DNA of 64,000 bases from Carcharhinus amblyrhynchos (GCA_965287045.1 OZ336874.1:40548001-40612000), one strand, 5' to 3'; positions 28,093-42,100 are shown, counted from the stretch's first letter. The notes: generated by a model from the sequence alone, not told the origin. Numbers and translations are program-made.

Positions 28093-30129
28093 ATGCAGCA
28101 ACTTCATCCATATATAGATGGCAAGTAGAAAAAGTTCAATTAATGCTGATACATGCCTCAGATGAGGTTTTAGGTTATAATTTTAACCAACTGGTTATTT
28201 TGCCACCCAATTTTACACAAGTTTCATTGAAAGCAAAGGCAACTTCTAAGGATTGCCGTAAGAAAACGTTTTCCAAATTATTTGCCTACAATGCTTCCAA
28301 AGGCACTCTGACAAGTTAACCCAGTTCATTGAGGAGTGATGGTGTTGGGTCTTGACAGACAAAATCCTCACCATCCATCCCCACAATAGTTGATTGCACC
28401 ACCTAGATTAAGATGCAAAAAAGTCTCAACACAAGCAAAGTTAAATGGCACTTGATTAATCAGTCTTTGCCTGTCAATATGAAGGTATCTGTTTAATTAG
28501 GCAATTTAAATAGGACAAGGTTCCTATTTGCACAAATTTAACTTATAATTCAGAAGCAAGCAGCTTAACGTCAAGAACAGACTATCTGGCTCACATTCAG
28601 GCTATTTACAATTGCTGCCAATGTTTAATTCACTATGCATACAACCATAAAAATCAAATCATGGAAAATGGTATGGATTGGTTTACTAAACATCAATTGC
28701 CTGAGAAATTATAACTAGTTATAATACCTATTATGCAATGCTATTTTAACAAACCTCCCCAAGTAATTTCACATCCATCTTTCAGTACCTTGGACTTTTC
28801 TTATGCAGCAATTTTTGACTAAGAATACAGAACTAGCAGGTAGACTTAAGTACTTTATTTGCAAATAAATTTCAAATTCAAATGTACAAGACTAACCACA
28901 AGAACAGTAGGCAATTAATAACAGTGAACTGAGTCAGGCAACAGAAGACAAAATACACCACTCAGCAATGCATGCTGGCATGTCAGATTTCTGATTTTGA
29001 TTTGAGTTTAGTTGAAGTCAACACCAGAATTTCAAACTAGCAGCAAGTTCTGTAATACTACTTCCAAAGAGCATCAGTCTTGCGCAATGAGAGAATATGT
29101 AAGATGAGAATACACACATGCTTTACTGTACCAAAGGAGGACATAAAGATTATACTGAAAGCAAAAATTCCAAAAATCAAGCTGTGCTAAGTTGTTGGAA
29201 AAGGGTTGAATAATACTGCAACATTAGAAATCACAATATTAAAGTGCAGTATATTCTGTAATTGAACATTTATACAATTACACAACATCCCAAATTAAAC
29301 AGATTTAATATTTTACAATATCAATGCAAGTGTTGCATTTCAGCAATTATAGCAATTTGTCACAACTTGCTGATGGACAATAAATGCTGGCCTAGCCAGT
29401 GAAGCCTACATCCCACAAAAATGGGAAACAAATTTAAAAATCTGCTCTAAATCAAAAGAACGTAGTGTGAAATGACAGGCATGAGAAACAAGAATGAGCA
29501 AGATTAAACCCAACATCTAACATTGAGAACAAACCTGAATTTTTGGCCTCTGCCATATTTATGACATTTCTAGAGTTGTAACTGCAAAAGCCACATTAGA
29601 ATAATTGAAACATCACTTACAGAGCTGTGCCACTTCAAAAAAAATAAGATTGTGGTTGTGGCACATTGATCTTTAAGCTTTGATGTTCATTTCAGCAATT
29701 TTATTTCTATTGATCTGTTCAAATAGTAGACAGAAAATTTTGAATCAAGACAGTAGCTATGGATTTAACATGCCACAGCATTGAGGTTGATGAAAATACA
29801 ATAGTTCTGCAAGGCTAAAATTAAATGCATACCTTATACACTAGTGATCTCCAGTATTTTTCCACAATGGAAGCCCAATGCAAAAGGATCGATTCCCTCA
29901 TTTAAAGGGCTTGGAAAACTTGCTGCAGATATTTGATGGCACCATAGTCTTTCATCTATGGGACCCAGCTTTAAATGCAGACAGCTAAGGAGTCACAGTT
30001 TATCTTGCCTTAGAAGGTAGCACATTAATCTGTGTGTTGGGTCAGAACATTGCAAATCTGAGCTCAATCTATTTCAAGTGCAATAACAAGCAAATAGTGC
30101 ACCGCTGAAATGCTGTATCTTAGATGCAA

Positions 30130-31120
30130 CTTTGAGGAATACCTTGAAATCCTCAATGTATCATGCACTGGATAGAGCAAGTGTCCCAATAAGATGCCAG
30201 CTGTAGCACTAAAGACCTGTGCCACTCCAGAATAGCTGTGCCTTTAATCAACCGTTCAAGTAAAGCTGCAGCTGGTATCTAAATGACAATGTGGAAAATT
30301 GCCCAGTACGTCCTGGCCACAAAAGCAGAACAAATCCAATCTGGTGAATTACCAGTCTATCAGCCTACTCCACAGTAGCAAAGTGATGAAAGGAATTATG
30401 AGTAATGGTCTTAAGTGCCACTTACACCAATGACAGCATTACTATTGCTCAGTTCGAGTACTGAAGGGCAACTCGATTCTATACTTTTATAGCTTTGGCC
30501 CAAACACAGGAGATACTTCTCTTTTTCATTAATACAGCATTTAATTGGTTTGACATCAAGGATCCCAAGTAAAGCTGGAGTAAATAGGAATCTGGAAAAA
30601 GCTCTCAAGTGCCAGGAGTCAAACTAGCACAAAAGATGGTCATTCTTGCGAGGTCAATCACCTTAACTCTGACCTGTTTCAGGAGTTCTTCAAAGGTAGC
30701 ATCCTAGATTCAACCATTTAAACTGCTTCAACCAACATTAGAGTTGTTGGCATCTTGTTAAGCACAAATCATAATTCCCCAGATATAGTATGTGGACATG
30801 GACTACAAGACCTCCACATCATTCACGTTTGGATTAAGTGGTAAATAACATTCTCACCAGGAAATGTGGCCAGAGAGTGTACTAATTGCAGCAATTTGAT
30901 AAATCGTCCAGACCTGCAACTTCTACCGTCTAGGACAAGGATGACAGGCACATGAACGCAAAGCCCCCAAATCACAACTTGTGTAGTTGCACGCATCATG
31001 ATGAAAATCCTGGAACTTTGTACCCAGAATCTTATGGGAGTAGATTCACATGGCTAGTAATGGTTCAAGGGGAACCAGGGACAGGCAATAAATGCTGGCT
31101 TTGCCAGGGACACCCATGAA
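30130..31120 (+). mobile_element. Decayed CR1/L2-clade LINE 3' part
   Basis: tggaaaattgcccag...aaatccaatctggtgaattaccagtctatcagcctactc encodes a WKIAQV.P.HK...NY..ISLL-like segment. The tail is ggcaataaatgctggctttgccag. Confidence 0.7.
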
Positions 31121-31469
31121 CCGAAAGGTGTGCTGAATATTCCTTAACCAATTCCACCTAGAGATCTGCTGTACGCACAATTTCACTAATGCTAAATGAT
31201 TAAAACATACCTACCTGGCACTCCGGCTCAAAGGCAATATATGAGCCTACTGAGACCTTCCAGGATCAAGATTTTCAAATGAATGAGAAAAATTGAAACT
31301 CAAAATTTTGGGGGGGGGGGGTCAATTTAAAACCAGTGTCAAGGCAAACAACTAAATGGTCAAACCGATCAGCAGCCAGTACAATAGCTGCATTCTAATG
31401 TTTTAATATAAAAGTAAAAATAGAAAAAGGAAGCCAACCACTTGTGTAATGGACCTACAAGAAAATTGA

Positions 31470-33030
31470 TGAATCAATAAAATACAAGTTGTTTGATCTA
31501 ATAGCCACTGCAAAGATGTGGTTTCATTGACCAAGGTTGAGAATTAAATATCCCAAGATTCTTCACTGAGAGAAAACGTAGAAAAAAAAAGCAGAAAGGG
31601 CAGAGGGATTAGTTTTGATAACACAGCATGGGACAAAGACACGAGGCTTACCGTTCATCTGGATCTAAAAACAACAAGGGGCAGAAAACAACAAAGACAG
31701 TAGTGTCTGGGGGCCAAACAGTAAGTGTGTTAATTAGGCAGAACGCAAATCAGGAAATTCAATCTTCAGATTTGGCTTACCATGTCTACATGAAGAAGTG
31801 ATGTAGAGGAAAAGTGTATGGATTGATTTCAAGATGTTTCCTAAATTAGTAAAAACCAACTAGGAAACAGGCTATTTTGGATCTACTGTTATGCAATAAC
31901 AGGGTTAATTAATAAACTTGTAATAAAAATGTCTGGAGAAATGTGATCTGAATGTGATTATTAGTGGTACTGCCACTGGACTAGTAATCCAGTGAGTCAA
32001 GATAATGCTCTAGGGACTTGGATTCAAATCTTATGGCAGACGACTGAATTAACACCATAAAACGATTGTTAATCGTCATAATAACCCATCAGATACATTA
32101 GTGTCCTTTTAGGGAAGGAAATTTGCTGCCCCTACCTGCTCTAGCTCTCTACTGCCCTCTTGGCTTAGCAAGCTACTTACTGTATTCAACACCTACCGAT
32201 AAAACAAAAAGAAATGACCATCCGGCATCCACTTAAGCACCAAAAACAACTGTAGAAAGCCATCCTTAACATCTGGGGGGTTTGTGCCAAAATCAGAAGC
32301 GCTCTCTCAGATTGGTCACTAACAGTCATGTCTTACAGATAATGTCCCAGATGCCACCACCACAACTCTTGGTTATGTCCTTTCCCAAAATCATATACCA
32401 AGTCTGAGGTATGTAAATCTAAAACAAGGGCCTTATCTGAAGAAAGCAAATTACATAGATACGGAGAGGTAAGTTGGCCAAGGTAGATTTGGAAATTAAA
32501 GGCCAAACCTTCATTATACACTCCTATAAATAACCTCAAAAACCATGGCCTAACCATGACTAACAAAAAAGTTAGACCAAAGGAAGAGGCTTACAAGTAT
32601 TATTTCCAATAGGAAGGATTTTAAAATTCCGAAAAACGATGAGATGAACAGATTGCTCTTGAAGAGAGTGTAGACTAGGCCAACATTTCCTCTAATTTAG
32701 AGGTGATCTCAATTTTTTTTTTAAATTACAGGTAGATGCTAGTGGGATGCTTAGAACCATGTGTCATAAATTTTACTAGACAGTGACGAGAACCAACTTC
32801 ACTCAAGGATTGAGAATGTTCAGAAATCTCTTACCAGACCATCCCAGAGACGTGGATCCTTACTTGTAGAGTATGGTCAAGAGCTCCACAAATGTTTAGA
32901 TGCAAAGGAAAATGGAAAAACATGGGGGGGGGGGGGGGGCAATAAGCTGGAATTGGGGCAAAGGATTGGCCACAACTTTATAGAAAGGTGGTGCAGGCTC
33001 CAGGAGCTGTACGCTTACTTCTATTTCCTT
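31470..33030 (+). mobile_element. Decayed CR1 (endonuclease region to 3' end) with a tRNA-headed repeat inserted at ~31960-32370
   Basis: ccaactaggaaacaggctattttggatcta encodes PTR..AILDL. The insert has a B-box-like ggattcaaatc. Confidence 0.5.
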
Positions 33031-35183
33031 TTTTTTTTAAATAAATGGTTGGGAGTGCAAGCACAAGTGCACACATCGTCCAAAGTCAAACTTTTCACTT
33101 AGAATTTAATTTATTTTACAATACCAAGATCAACAGTACTACATTGAAATATAATTCCTGCAAAACTCAATAGTTCAAGTGATAGACAAAATAGCAAGCA
33201 TAAAACAAGGCAACAAGCATTTGCTCGTGCTTCTGCACTCAGCTCAACAACTCCACATTTGAAGTGTCAGCCGTGCCTGGGTATAAGAGGCTGAACTTTT
33301 TGACTTTGAGGACAACTATAGAAGCAAAACAGCAAGTTTCATCGACTAAGCTGCACCAAAAAGAACTGAATACAGTAGTCCACACAATCTTCCAGCAGAT
33401 GCAATAAGCCACTAAAGCCAAAGTCTATTTTTTAAAGCGATAAAAGATTAATAAAGTAATTTCCAAAATTGAATTCCTGTACTGTCGAGATCACAACATG
33501 CAGTCGTGCATCAAATAAAGTTGGGAATGGTATCCTGGGGGACAGGAGGGTTATTAGGCAGACATCTTTACACTTGTCTGCAATTGGTCAGCTGTGACTA
33601 GGTTTACTTTGTTCAATTTGATCTGCTTCTTAATAGTTCAAATAAGCAGTTTCTTCCACATTTTTTATATCAACTTGTCATATTGTTTGCTTATGATATC
33701 CTAAGAGTCTTAATCATGAAAGATGCACGCAAATTCACCTCACTTATGTGATTAAACTTTATTAGGAGAAACGGAGTTGGCAAGACTAAAGTTTTTTTCC
33801 TAAGTGCCAACTAAGTCTCAAGGCAAATGAGAAGTCTACTTAGTAACGTTTAATGCTTATTAAATAGCATAATACCTCAACAGCTCAAATTCCAAATCCA
33901 CATCCTTGTTTTCATAATTTTTCTGTAGTCTCATTCCTCCCCATCTTGGTAACCTCCCATAGTCTTACAGGCCTTTTATCTAAATTTCTTCACTGGTCTC
34001 CTGCACATCTTTAAGTCATTTACCATTGGCAGCAGAGCTTTCAGCTGCCAAGACCCTAACTTTGGTACTCCCTCCCTAAACCTCTCCATATCTCTCCTAA
34101 AAACCCATCTCTGAATTTTGCTCACCCTCAGTATTAAAAGTATTTATATAAAAAAATCTAGTAAAATTTCCCAAGGGTCATCTCTCCATGTTAATATTCA
34201 TGGGAAACCACCAGTATCAAATACTAGATCAAGTGATAAGTACTTTTCTAATTTCAAGCAGTATGTTACAGTTCATAAGCAACACTGCTAAACTGACCAC
34301 GGTTCGCACTTTATTCCTTTATTGACAGAACATTTATTCCAGCTTGATTTCTATCTACCTGCTAAATGTTAGTAATGCCTAGCAGTTTAAACTCAAATTA
34401 ATTTGTTTGCTTTCCTTTCCACCAATTCCCCTCAAAAGAAAACATGAGCATCTGGCCTTAAGGGCCTGTAATGCCAAAATGTCAGTGGTCAACTCAAATT
34501 ACCATTGTAATCTTGTGTTACTTATGAGCAAACTACTTGCTATCAAACAATCCTCCATGCACATACAAGCACAGATGCTGCACAAATCTTAAATATCTCA
34601 AATTCCTACAGTGCATCATCCAGAGATTATTCTGTGTTTTCTCCAAAGCCAAAGTCAGAGACTGTTAGTTCTTAAAGGAACATTCTGGAGTTTTTCTTAC
34701 ACAAAAACAAACAGGACATTTACAAATTGTCCTGTTTCTCCCCTTATTTCACATTCATAGCAAACAGTATTTGAATATTTGCTTACAAGATTTCAAGATC
34801 TCATCTGGATGGATAATTCTTGAATTAGATATCATCCCAGTGGCATCCATTTTTACTAGCACCAGCTGAACAAGCTTTAAATAGAAAATGTAGTCGCTGG
34901 GAGTGAAAACTTCATCCCTCTGTGGCCAATGGCTACATTCAGACTCGAGTCAAGCTTCCAAACCCACATACTTGCCAATTTTAACCTCCAACATTGCTCT
35001 TAGCCTCAGCTGATCTACTAATGAAGACATTAACATTTTTGACTACTGTAATGCTCACCTGGTTATCAACTCACCCAGAAACTTTCAATTCATATCTTAC
35101 TCTGTAGCAAGTCCTGTACAACAGATTCCAGTCCTTCCTGACAGACAATTTCCTCCACAGTCTCACCCCCTCTCTGCTTAAAC

Positions 35184-35559
35184 CAGTAATGGGCAACCTA
35201 GCTAGCGAGTGGACTCTCATCTCAGTAGACCACAAGATTTAGATCAGGGTTGTTCACTAACCATGACCTCATGATTAAGCTTAAATACATACTGACTATT
35301 TGAGTTATAGAAAATGTTTATTTATATAGTAATAGAATCAAATGGAAGGAATTTTTACACTAAAAGGGAGCATACAATCAGCAGGCAACCCATTTCACAT
35401 TCCCTTTCTTTATGCATACAACACTTGTCATATCAGTAGGAACAAAACTACATGGATGGAAATCAGCAGAATGTGACAAACCTGCATGTGGGGAACAAAT
35501 CAACAAGATGTCTTGTGGGCCACACAGAACCCAAATGGGCTGCAGGCCACCCACCACTG
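35184..35559. mobile_element. hAT(Charlie)-like non-autonomous DNA transposon
   Basis: Degenerate TIRs CAGTAATGGGCAACCT / AGGCCACCCACCACTG (11/16). The 8-bp flanks GCTTAAAC / ATCCAAAC may be a decayed TSD. Confidence 0.5.
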
Positions 35560-35745
35560 ATCCAAACTCTGATGTCAACAGTCCAATGTTCTCCAATTTT
35601 GGCTTTTTGCATGATTAGTATTTATTATTTCACCAGCCTTCAGGCTTAGGCCTGAAGCCCTGAATTTTCTCCCTAAATTATTCTCTACCTTGAAAATATT
35701 CAAACCCTCACTTTTGACTAAGTCTCTGCTCACCTTTCTACTGTA

Positions 35746-36048
35746 CAGCCTCAAGATAAAGGGGGGGCGGTTCAGAACGGAGTTGAGGAGGAACTTCTTC
35801 ACTCAAAGGGTGGTGAATCTCTGGAATTCTCTGCCCGTTGAAGTGGTGGAGGCTGCCTCGCTAAATATTTTTAAGAAGCGGGTTGATGGGTTTTTGATAA
35901 GAGAGGGGATTAAGGGTTATGGGGAGAGGGCGGGAAAGTGGAATGAGCCACGACAGATCAGCCATGATCTTATTGAATGGCGGGGCAGGCTCGAAGGGCC
36001 AGATGGCCTACTCCTGCTCCTATTTCTTATGTTCTTATGTTCTTATGT
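35746..36048 (+). mobile_element. Young CR1 3' fragment with (TTCTTATG)n tail
   Basis: Encodes SLKIKGGRFRTELRRNFFTQRVVNLWNSLP, the CR1 ORF2 C-terminus. CpGs are intact. Confidence 0.92.
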
Positions 36049-39000
36049 ATTATGTGGTTGAGTCAAATTTTGTTAGATTGACTGCCTGTTAAGTGCCTTG
36101 GAATCTTTAGACACTTTACAAGTTGTCTGTGATATTAAAATTCCACAAATGCTAAGCCGTTTCCAATCTTTTAACACTATACACATTCCTCCCCCTGCCA
36201 ACTGTTATTCCACTCCCCCCCCCCCCCATAAAGAAAGTGCTGTTATTTCTATCTTTAGTTTGTGCTCAAAATAGATTTTAAAACAGGACTTTGCATAAAT
36301 GTTGTCAGCACACCTGCACAATCTTAAATAGACAAGCACTCTGATCTGTAGACTGATTGCAAGACTGAGTAGGTCTAATCAACTCAGACATGTGCCTTCC
36401 ACCCATCTCCGCAAGGACTGGCCTAAAAAAAAATGGAAAGTACCGCCTTCCTACCATAAGCACTACATAAAATATATTATTTTGCGGTGGAATGATGCTA
36501 GGATTGGTTCAGTTTTCTCTTCCCTTTAAGTAGGAGCAAATCACAAATAAAGACAGTAAACTAAAATCAACCTACTCCTCCGTATCCATTTTTCCTTCCA
36601 TGGAATTCTGCCATTGTTGGCCAATTTTAAATTATTTCAAAAACAGTATAAATTCAAATATCAGAATTCAGACCAATCAAGTTAAAACTAGTACATATAT
36701 TTTCCTGGAATAGTTCCAAATACAAAGGCTTATAATTACATGAATAGACTAGATAAACTAGGGAAGGTCAAGAGAACATTTCTTGAAACATTAAAATCAT
36801 GGAGGGTTTGGATAGAGCAAATAAAATTGGGGCACAGATTTAAGGTGCAATGTGATAATTAGAACTTAGAATTTACTGTTGAGGATATAGGGCAGACGCA
36901 GATGCAATAGCTTTGTGGGGAATTGGAAGAGAAAAATCCAAACTGGGTAGTTCCAAGAGTAGCACAGACTCTAGAAGCCTAACAATTCTATATCCTATAA
37001 TGCCACACCAACATTCCACAATCCAGAAGTTCTCTTATTGTAGGATTCATTCCAAAGTTTCTCATTCACATAAACTGGGGGCACAGCAACAGAATGAGAT
37101 ATGAGCAAGACATGGGCAAGAAGAGAGGCACAACTGAATCAGCCAACAGCCTAAGATTAAATTACCCACACTGCTGATTAAAATTTCTGAAGCAGAAGTA
37201 CTGGGTACACAGTTCATTTTTTCCAATGAAATTTATTAATTATGAGGACATTAGTGCACTACATATTAAAGCATCCAAATGCTCCAGTGAAACAGAGAAA
37301 AGAACGACCTATATGGCTTAAGTCACAAGTGTAGAAAACAAAAAGTAATGGAACTGCTTGGGTCAGACTACACCTCGAATATTGACAATTCTGATCACAA
37401 GTATCTGACAGTGCTCAAAAAAAGTTCTGCTTTTGAATAAAACTTGGTCTAAGTTTAAAATTAAATTATTCTTGCATTTTAATTGTAAACATTTGATGAT
37501 AAAAAGAGTTTAAATTCACTTAAATTAAGTTATTCTAATTGGTATTGCAAGAAAATGTTTCAGCTTCATTACAAAATCAATATAGGTCAGCAGATTTCAT
37601 TCAAAAGCTCATTTGTGCTATGTACCTGAAGCAAAAGTGTCAAGTATTTTGGTTAGGCCTATAATTTTCAGGTCACAATGCAACTGAATAGCGCAAACTG
37701 CCATACAGAGGAATAGAATAAGAACATAGGTGATGAGCCTCAGTTCTAACAGTAAATCTGGATGTGAACAGTAAGCATTAAGACTTTAAAAAGTAATCAA
37801 ATACTCTACAAATTTAGACTTGCCACACTAATTATCAAGTTTAAATCTAGAACTTTATATACCTAACCCTTCCCCATATAGGGCAACACTAAAACACACT
37901 TCACAATTTTGATCATGTCCAGACAGTTGTTGGAAACCTTCAGGAAATCCATGAATTTCAAAGTCCTGAGATATTCATCATAGGATCCTCAATCATTTAT
38001 GGAAAACATTTTCCAAAATCTTTAGCTACTCTGCAAATACTACACAATTGAAAATGGCACCTTTCAAGATGTTAATATCACATTTCTGTACCCAGTATGG
38101 AGTCTTCTAATGAAGATTTTTAACGTGAATCAGTAAGCTATATAAAACAACTTTTATTCCCAATGGAAGCAGGAAAATTGAAGCTATTGTGAATGGCTGC
38201 GAAAGCTTCATTCTATCTTCGTATAGTTCGATCCACTATAGATGCCTCACTTCACAACTCCTTCCATGGGAACAGTTGAATTATTGGTCAACTAACAACC
38301 AACTGCAAGTGCCAGAATTGTGACCACCAACTCCATACAAGTCAAAATTCAGTTTCTGCTTTACAACATGCTATTAAAGGTTCAGTAAAGATCAATCCCC
38401 TCTCCAAAAAAAAGGAATTTATAGACAGCAAGTTCTATTATGAATAAGATATTTAGCATCGCATTACTATTTTATTAACAGCACATTTTCTTTTGCATTC
38501 CACAAGCCAAAAAAAAGTGATCAATCAGACATGGCACAGCTGACTGCGAGGCCATTTATTTCAGAGCGTATAGTGTACCAATTCCAATGCAAAATGTCAT
38601 TCAAGTCTCAGCCTTACTGTCATCCCCATTAGTAAACTAGTTACCTACAATTAATTATGTCCAAGTGTCAACATTCACTACACATGTGAAAGCCGCAAGC
38701 CAATTAATGAAAATTTGTTCCACGTGACTATCATGATAGTTCTTTTGCAGTGGGGCCAGTTATAGTTCTGCCAGATAAGGAGTTACATTGGATTCAAGTC
38801 TGCAAGATCAGCTTCTAAAAGAGGTTTCCAGCTTTGGTACATTTTAAGGTCTCAACTTCATGGAAATGCTTTAAATTGCTCATCGCTGTACAACTGCATT
38901 CATCATGCCTATATTTGGAGTAATAATTGTGCACTGCTGGATAAAGAGAAAATGCTGTAACCACAAACTATAGTCATCCATAGTTTTATTAATTATCTGA

Positions 39001-39339
39001 AGAGGGGCTCTATCAGAACCAATGATGTGTTTTCCAAGGGTTCAGCTACCTGTCTGGGATCAAAATTAATCTTTAAGGCACGAGATCCTGAGAAATTACA
39101 GTCTGAGAATACTTTAGGAAAAACGTACTCAAAAGGAGACAGCAGAATACAAAGCTTTAAATAAAAGTTGGTTTTGGTTCTGAGTGCCACTCGTACCCTA
39201 CACAGGGGTGAGAGAAATTCCAACCTCCGCATCATATTGTTTTAGGCCACTATTCAATGCACTGCTCTCAGGTGTGAAAATGGAATCGTGTACACTGAAA
39301 CAAAATCTGTGTTTATAAGGTCAAGATCGTATCCTCGAT

Positions 39340-40050
39340 TGGAGGCGACGCATTTTGCCTTTTTTCAATTAAATTGGATTAAGCCCAAAACAACTCAATA
39401 AACAGTCGAGATGGTGTTTGAGAGAACAAGGTGTGCAGGCCGTGCTTTTCGGTTAACTGACAAAGAAGGAAGCATATCTCTTTCCGCGCCCCCCCCCCCC
39501 CCCCACCAAACCTCAGAAAAAAAAACCCCGATGCACCTTAAAGTCAGCCGCACTGTTACAATCAATTTTAACTCCATAGCACTGACTGCTCTGGCGCCAG
39601 AGGAGCAAAGTAGCACATCGGCGGCCAATGCTGCGGGGCTGCAACCCAACCCTGGATAGATTGGGGAGCAGGAAGGCAAGGCAAAGCAAAGGGGAGAGGT
39701 AAACAGCCCCTTCGCTAGTGTGCCACGCCAATCTCAGTACTACACGCTGCAACATCAACCCATTTTCCCTCCCTCGTTTCGTTACCAACTGGCAACCCAC
39801 CCTGCGGTTTGGCGGGAAACACATCTCCATGCTGGTGTCTGACAGCGACCGCGCTGCAAACGGGAGGCTGGCGCTCCTTCAGGTCCCCGATACAAACTGA
39901 GCCAGGAATCCCTCTCCTCCACCCACTCACCCCAAAATAGACAACACTGGCGGGAGGTAAAGGTGGGGGGGGGGGGGGGGGAAGAAATCAAAGACAGCAC
40001 CTCCCCCGATGAAGGTTGAATCGATTGCGGGATTTAAAAAAAGTGACCCC
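39340..40050 (-). promoter_or_regulatory. Second GC/CpG-rich island; candidate alternative promoter or first exon
   Basis: Local GC and CpG enrichment with long G/C tracts. Candidate ATG at 39577 and weak donor at 39537. Confidence 0.4.
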
Positions 40051-41494
40051 TGAATATCGAGTTGAAAGGACAAATCAAATACCGCCCTGTTAATATTGCT
40101 ACTATTTCTGCGTCAATGCAAAAAACGTGCACATCAACGCAAGAAAAAATGGCTGTGCTGTTTTAGGACCACCTGGTGTGAGTAAGGTGCCAGACCCTCG
40201 TCCCCACCCTGCCTAGAGTTGGATCTCACTGCATTGGAGTTTCCAAAGCGGTTGTGGTGGGGGTGGAAGGAAGCTCTGATCAAACCATGGACATTGATTT
40301 AGTATTTTAGCGCTTGCTTTCATTAAATCTGTGGCAAAGTGCGACCCCCTTCTATTCCCAAGTGATTGCCCAAGATTCACGGTGCGCTTTTCTGCAAAGC
40401 CAGAGGGTGGGGGGGAAAAACACTGATGGATCCTCAACTGACTGAGACATGTGGCTGAGAGGTGGGAAAACGTTCAGGAGCAGACGTTCAATCTCCCCGG
40501 GTAATTAAAGCAGCAGTTTCACCACCCACCACCACCTCCTTCTCCCCTCCGGATTTCAAGGGAGGGGCTTTTATAAATCAGCCTGGGGTAAACATTAGAA
40601 AACCCGACTCCCGCACGTGTCGACTTCAGCCGAATTGGCCAAGTCAATGCAAGGTCGACGGCTCCAAAAAGGTAGGCGATTTAAGTTCCATTTGCCCTGC
40701 AAAAAAAATGCACCGGTCGGTGTAAAAGTTACCCGAGTCGATCCCTTTATCTGTGTACATACGTTCAGAATTTGCCAACGTGGTCTTACCGCATTTTCCT
40801 TGCATTACCCACTTTCTTCTATCAGCGATCCATTTATCTTTGGTACTACCGAACCATCGGTTTCCCCGACGTTACATTGCGCGTTTTATTTTTAAGCGCG
40901 ATTTAAATTGGAAATTTCAAACCGTACCCCCCCCAAAAAAAATACTCGGTGTGCAAAAACGATCCCCCCCTGCATTTAGATACGCAGAGAAACGGGAGCT
41001 CTCACCTATCTTTGGGCAACAGCATCACAGCTTTGCCATAGATATTCCACAGCCTCCAAGTGGAAGATTGGACAAATACACCCAAGAAAAATTAAACATT
41101 ATAAAAAAATGCACTTTGAAAATACTGCTGTTCTTGATGCTATTGCATGCAAGAATAACGTGCATTCAACACCCAGATTTTAATTGCATTTAAGATGGGT
41201 TCATCTTTCCCTTATTTTAAATTAGGTAGCTCTGGAAGCCTTAACTAGTCAGTTCAATAACCACTATTGGATTTAAGATGTGGGACACGAGAGAAAGCCA
41301 ACAGTGTTCATATTTACTGGCTATAATAATACATTTAAAGAAAACGTTTTCCCACATTACAAATAAGACATCTCATCACAATTGCTGAAATTTCACTTTA
41401 CCACTGGATTGGCTACTCATTTCATTCCGCTCTCAACTGTTAGGAGGAAAACCAGTTAAATGCAAACCAAAGCATAAGTAGAGCTATCACTTAC

Positions 41495-42100
41495 CTTTTA
41501 GCTTGCTTTTTTTCAAATAAAAGGGAGTAGAAAAGTTTAAGTCCTTCTACCAAAAAAAGGAAGATGTGACGCAAAGGGTATTTAACAGTTTCAAAACCCT
41601 GAAGTGAAGACAGCCTACAGAAGTAATATTGGATAAAGGGGAAAAAAAATGTACCAAAGAGGAAAAAAAACAAAAAGCAAAAAATGCACAAAATAAACTT
41701 TAAAAAATGGGGGAGTCTTGATTAATTGAATTGGCGGGTGGTGTTAAAAGAAAAATAAAGGGGAGAAAAACTTAAAGAAACAATTTCTTTAAAAAAAAGA
41801 AACAAAAGAATTAAAGGACGGTCAAAACCGGCTTCCAAATCTTCTTTCCCCCCTACAACAGAAAGAGCAGCTGCATCACGCTGTAAAGGAGGTCTGACGC
41901 AGATGGGAAATAAGAAGGCGCTTTTTCTGTCACTGGGAGGTGTGTTCGCGCACTCCTTTATACAGCCGAACAACACTCGCACCTCTTGGCCACTTCCGCG
42001 CTCACGCGAGCGCCTCAGCACCGCGTGTGGGCACGCGCTCCTGAGGGGACGCCGGCAGATTAGAGAGAGAGCGAGCGAGCGCGGCGGAGGGATACGGTGC
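41495..42100 (-). other. ELAVL2: Putative non-coding first exon (5' UTR) of ELAVL2; 5' end approximate
   Basis: Perfect donor AAG|GTAAGT at 41495/41494 just downstream of the CpG island. A TAA in the frame of the METQ exon lies just before the donor. Confidence 0.7.

Noticed and set aside
31309-32939. Poly-G tracts (also at 11618, 39489, 39965 and 50289) as functional G-quadruplexes
   Set aside because: Simple homopolymers, several inside decayed repeats, with no independent support.
38808-38906. Minus-strand ATGATGA...CTGA pair as an intronic C/D snoRNA
   Set aside because: No convincing terminal stem, C'/D' boxes or recognisable guide.
42014-42034. REST/RE1 site (TCAGCACCGCG); also CTCAGCACAGGACAG on the minus strand at ~48330-48345
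   Set aside because: One is a left half-site only and the other has non-canonical spacing; insufficient to call.
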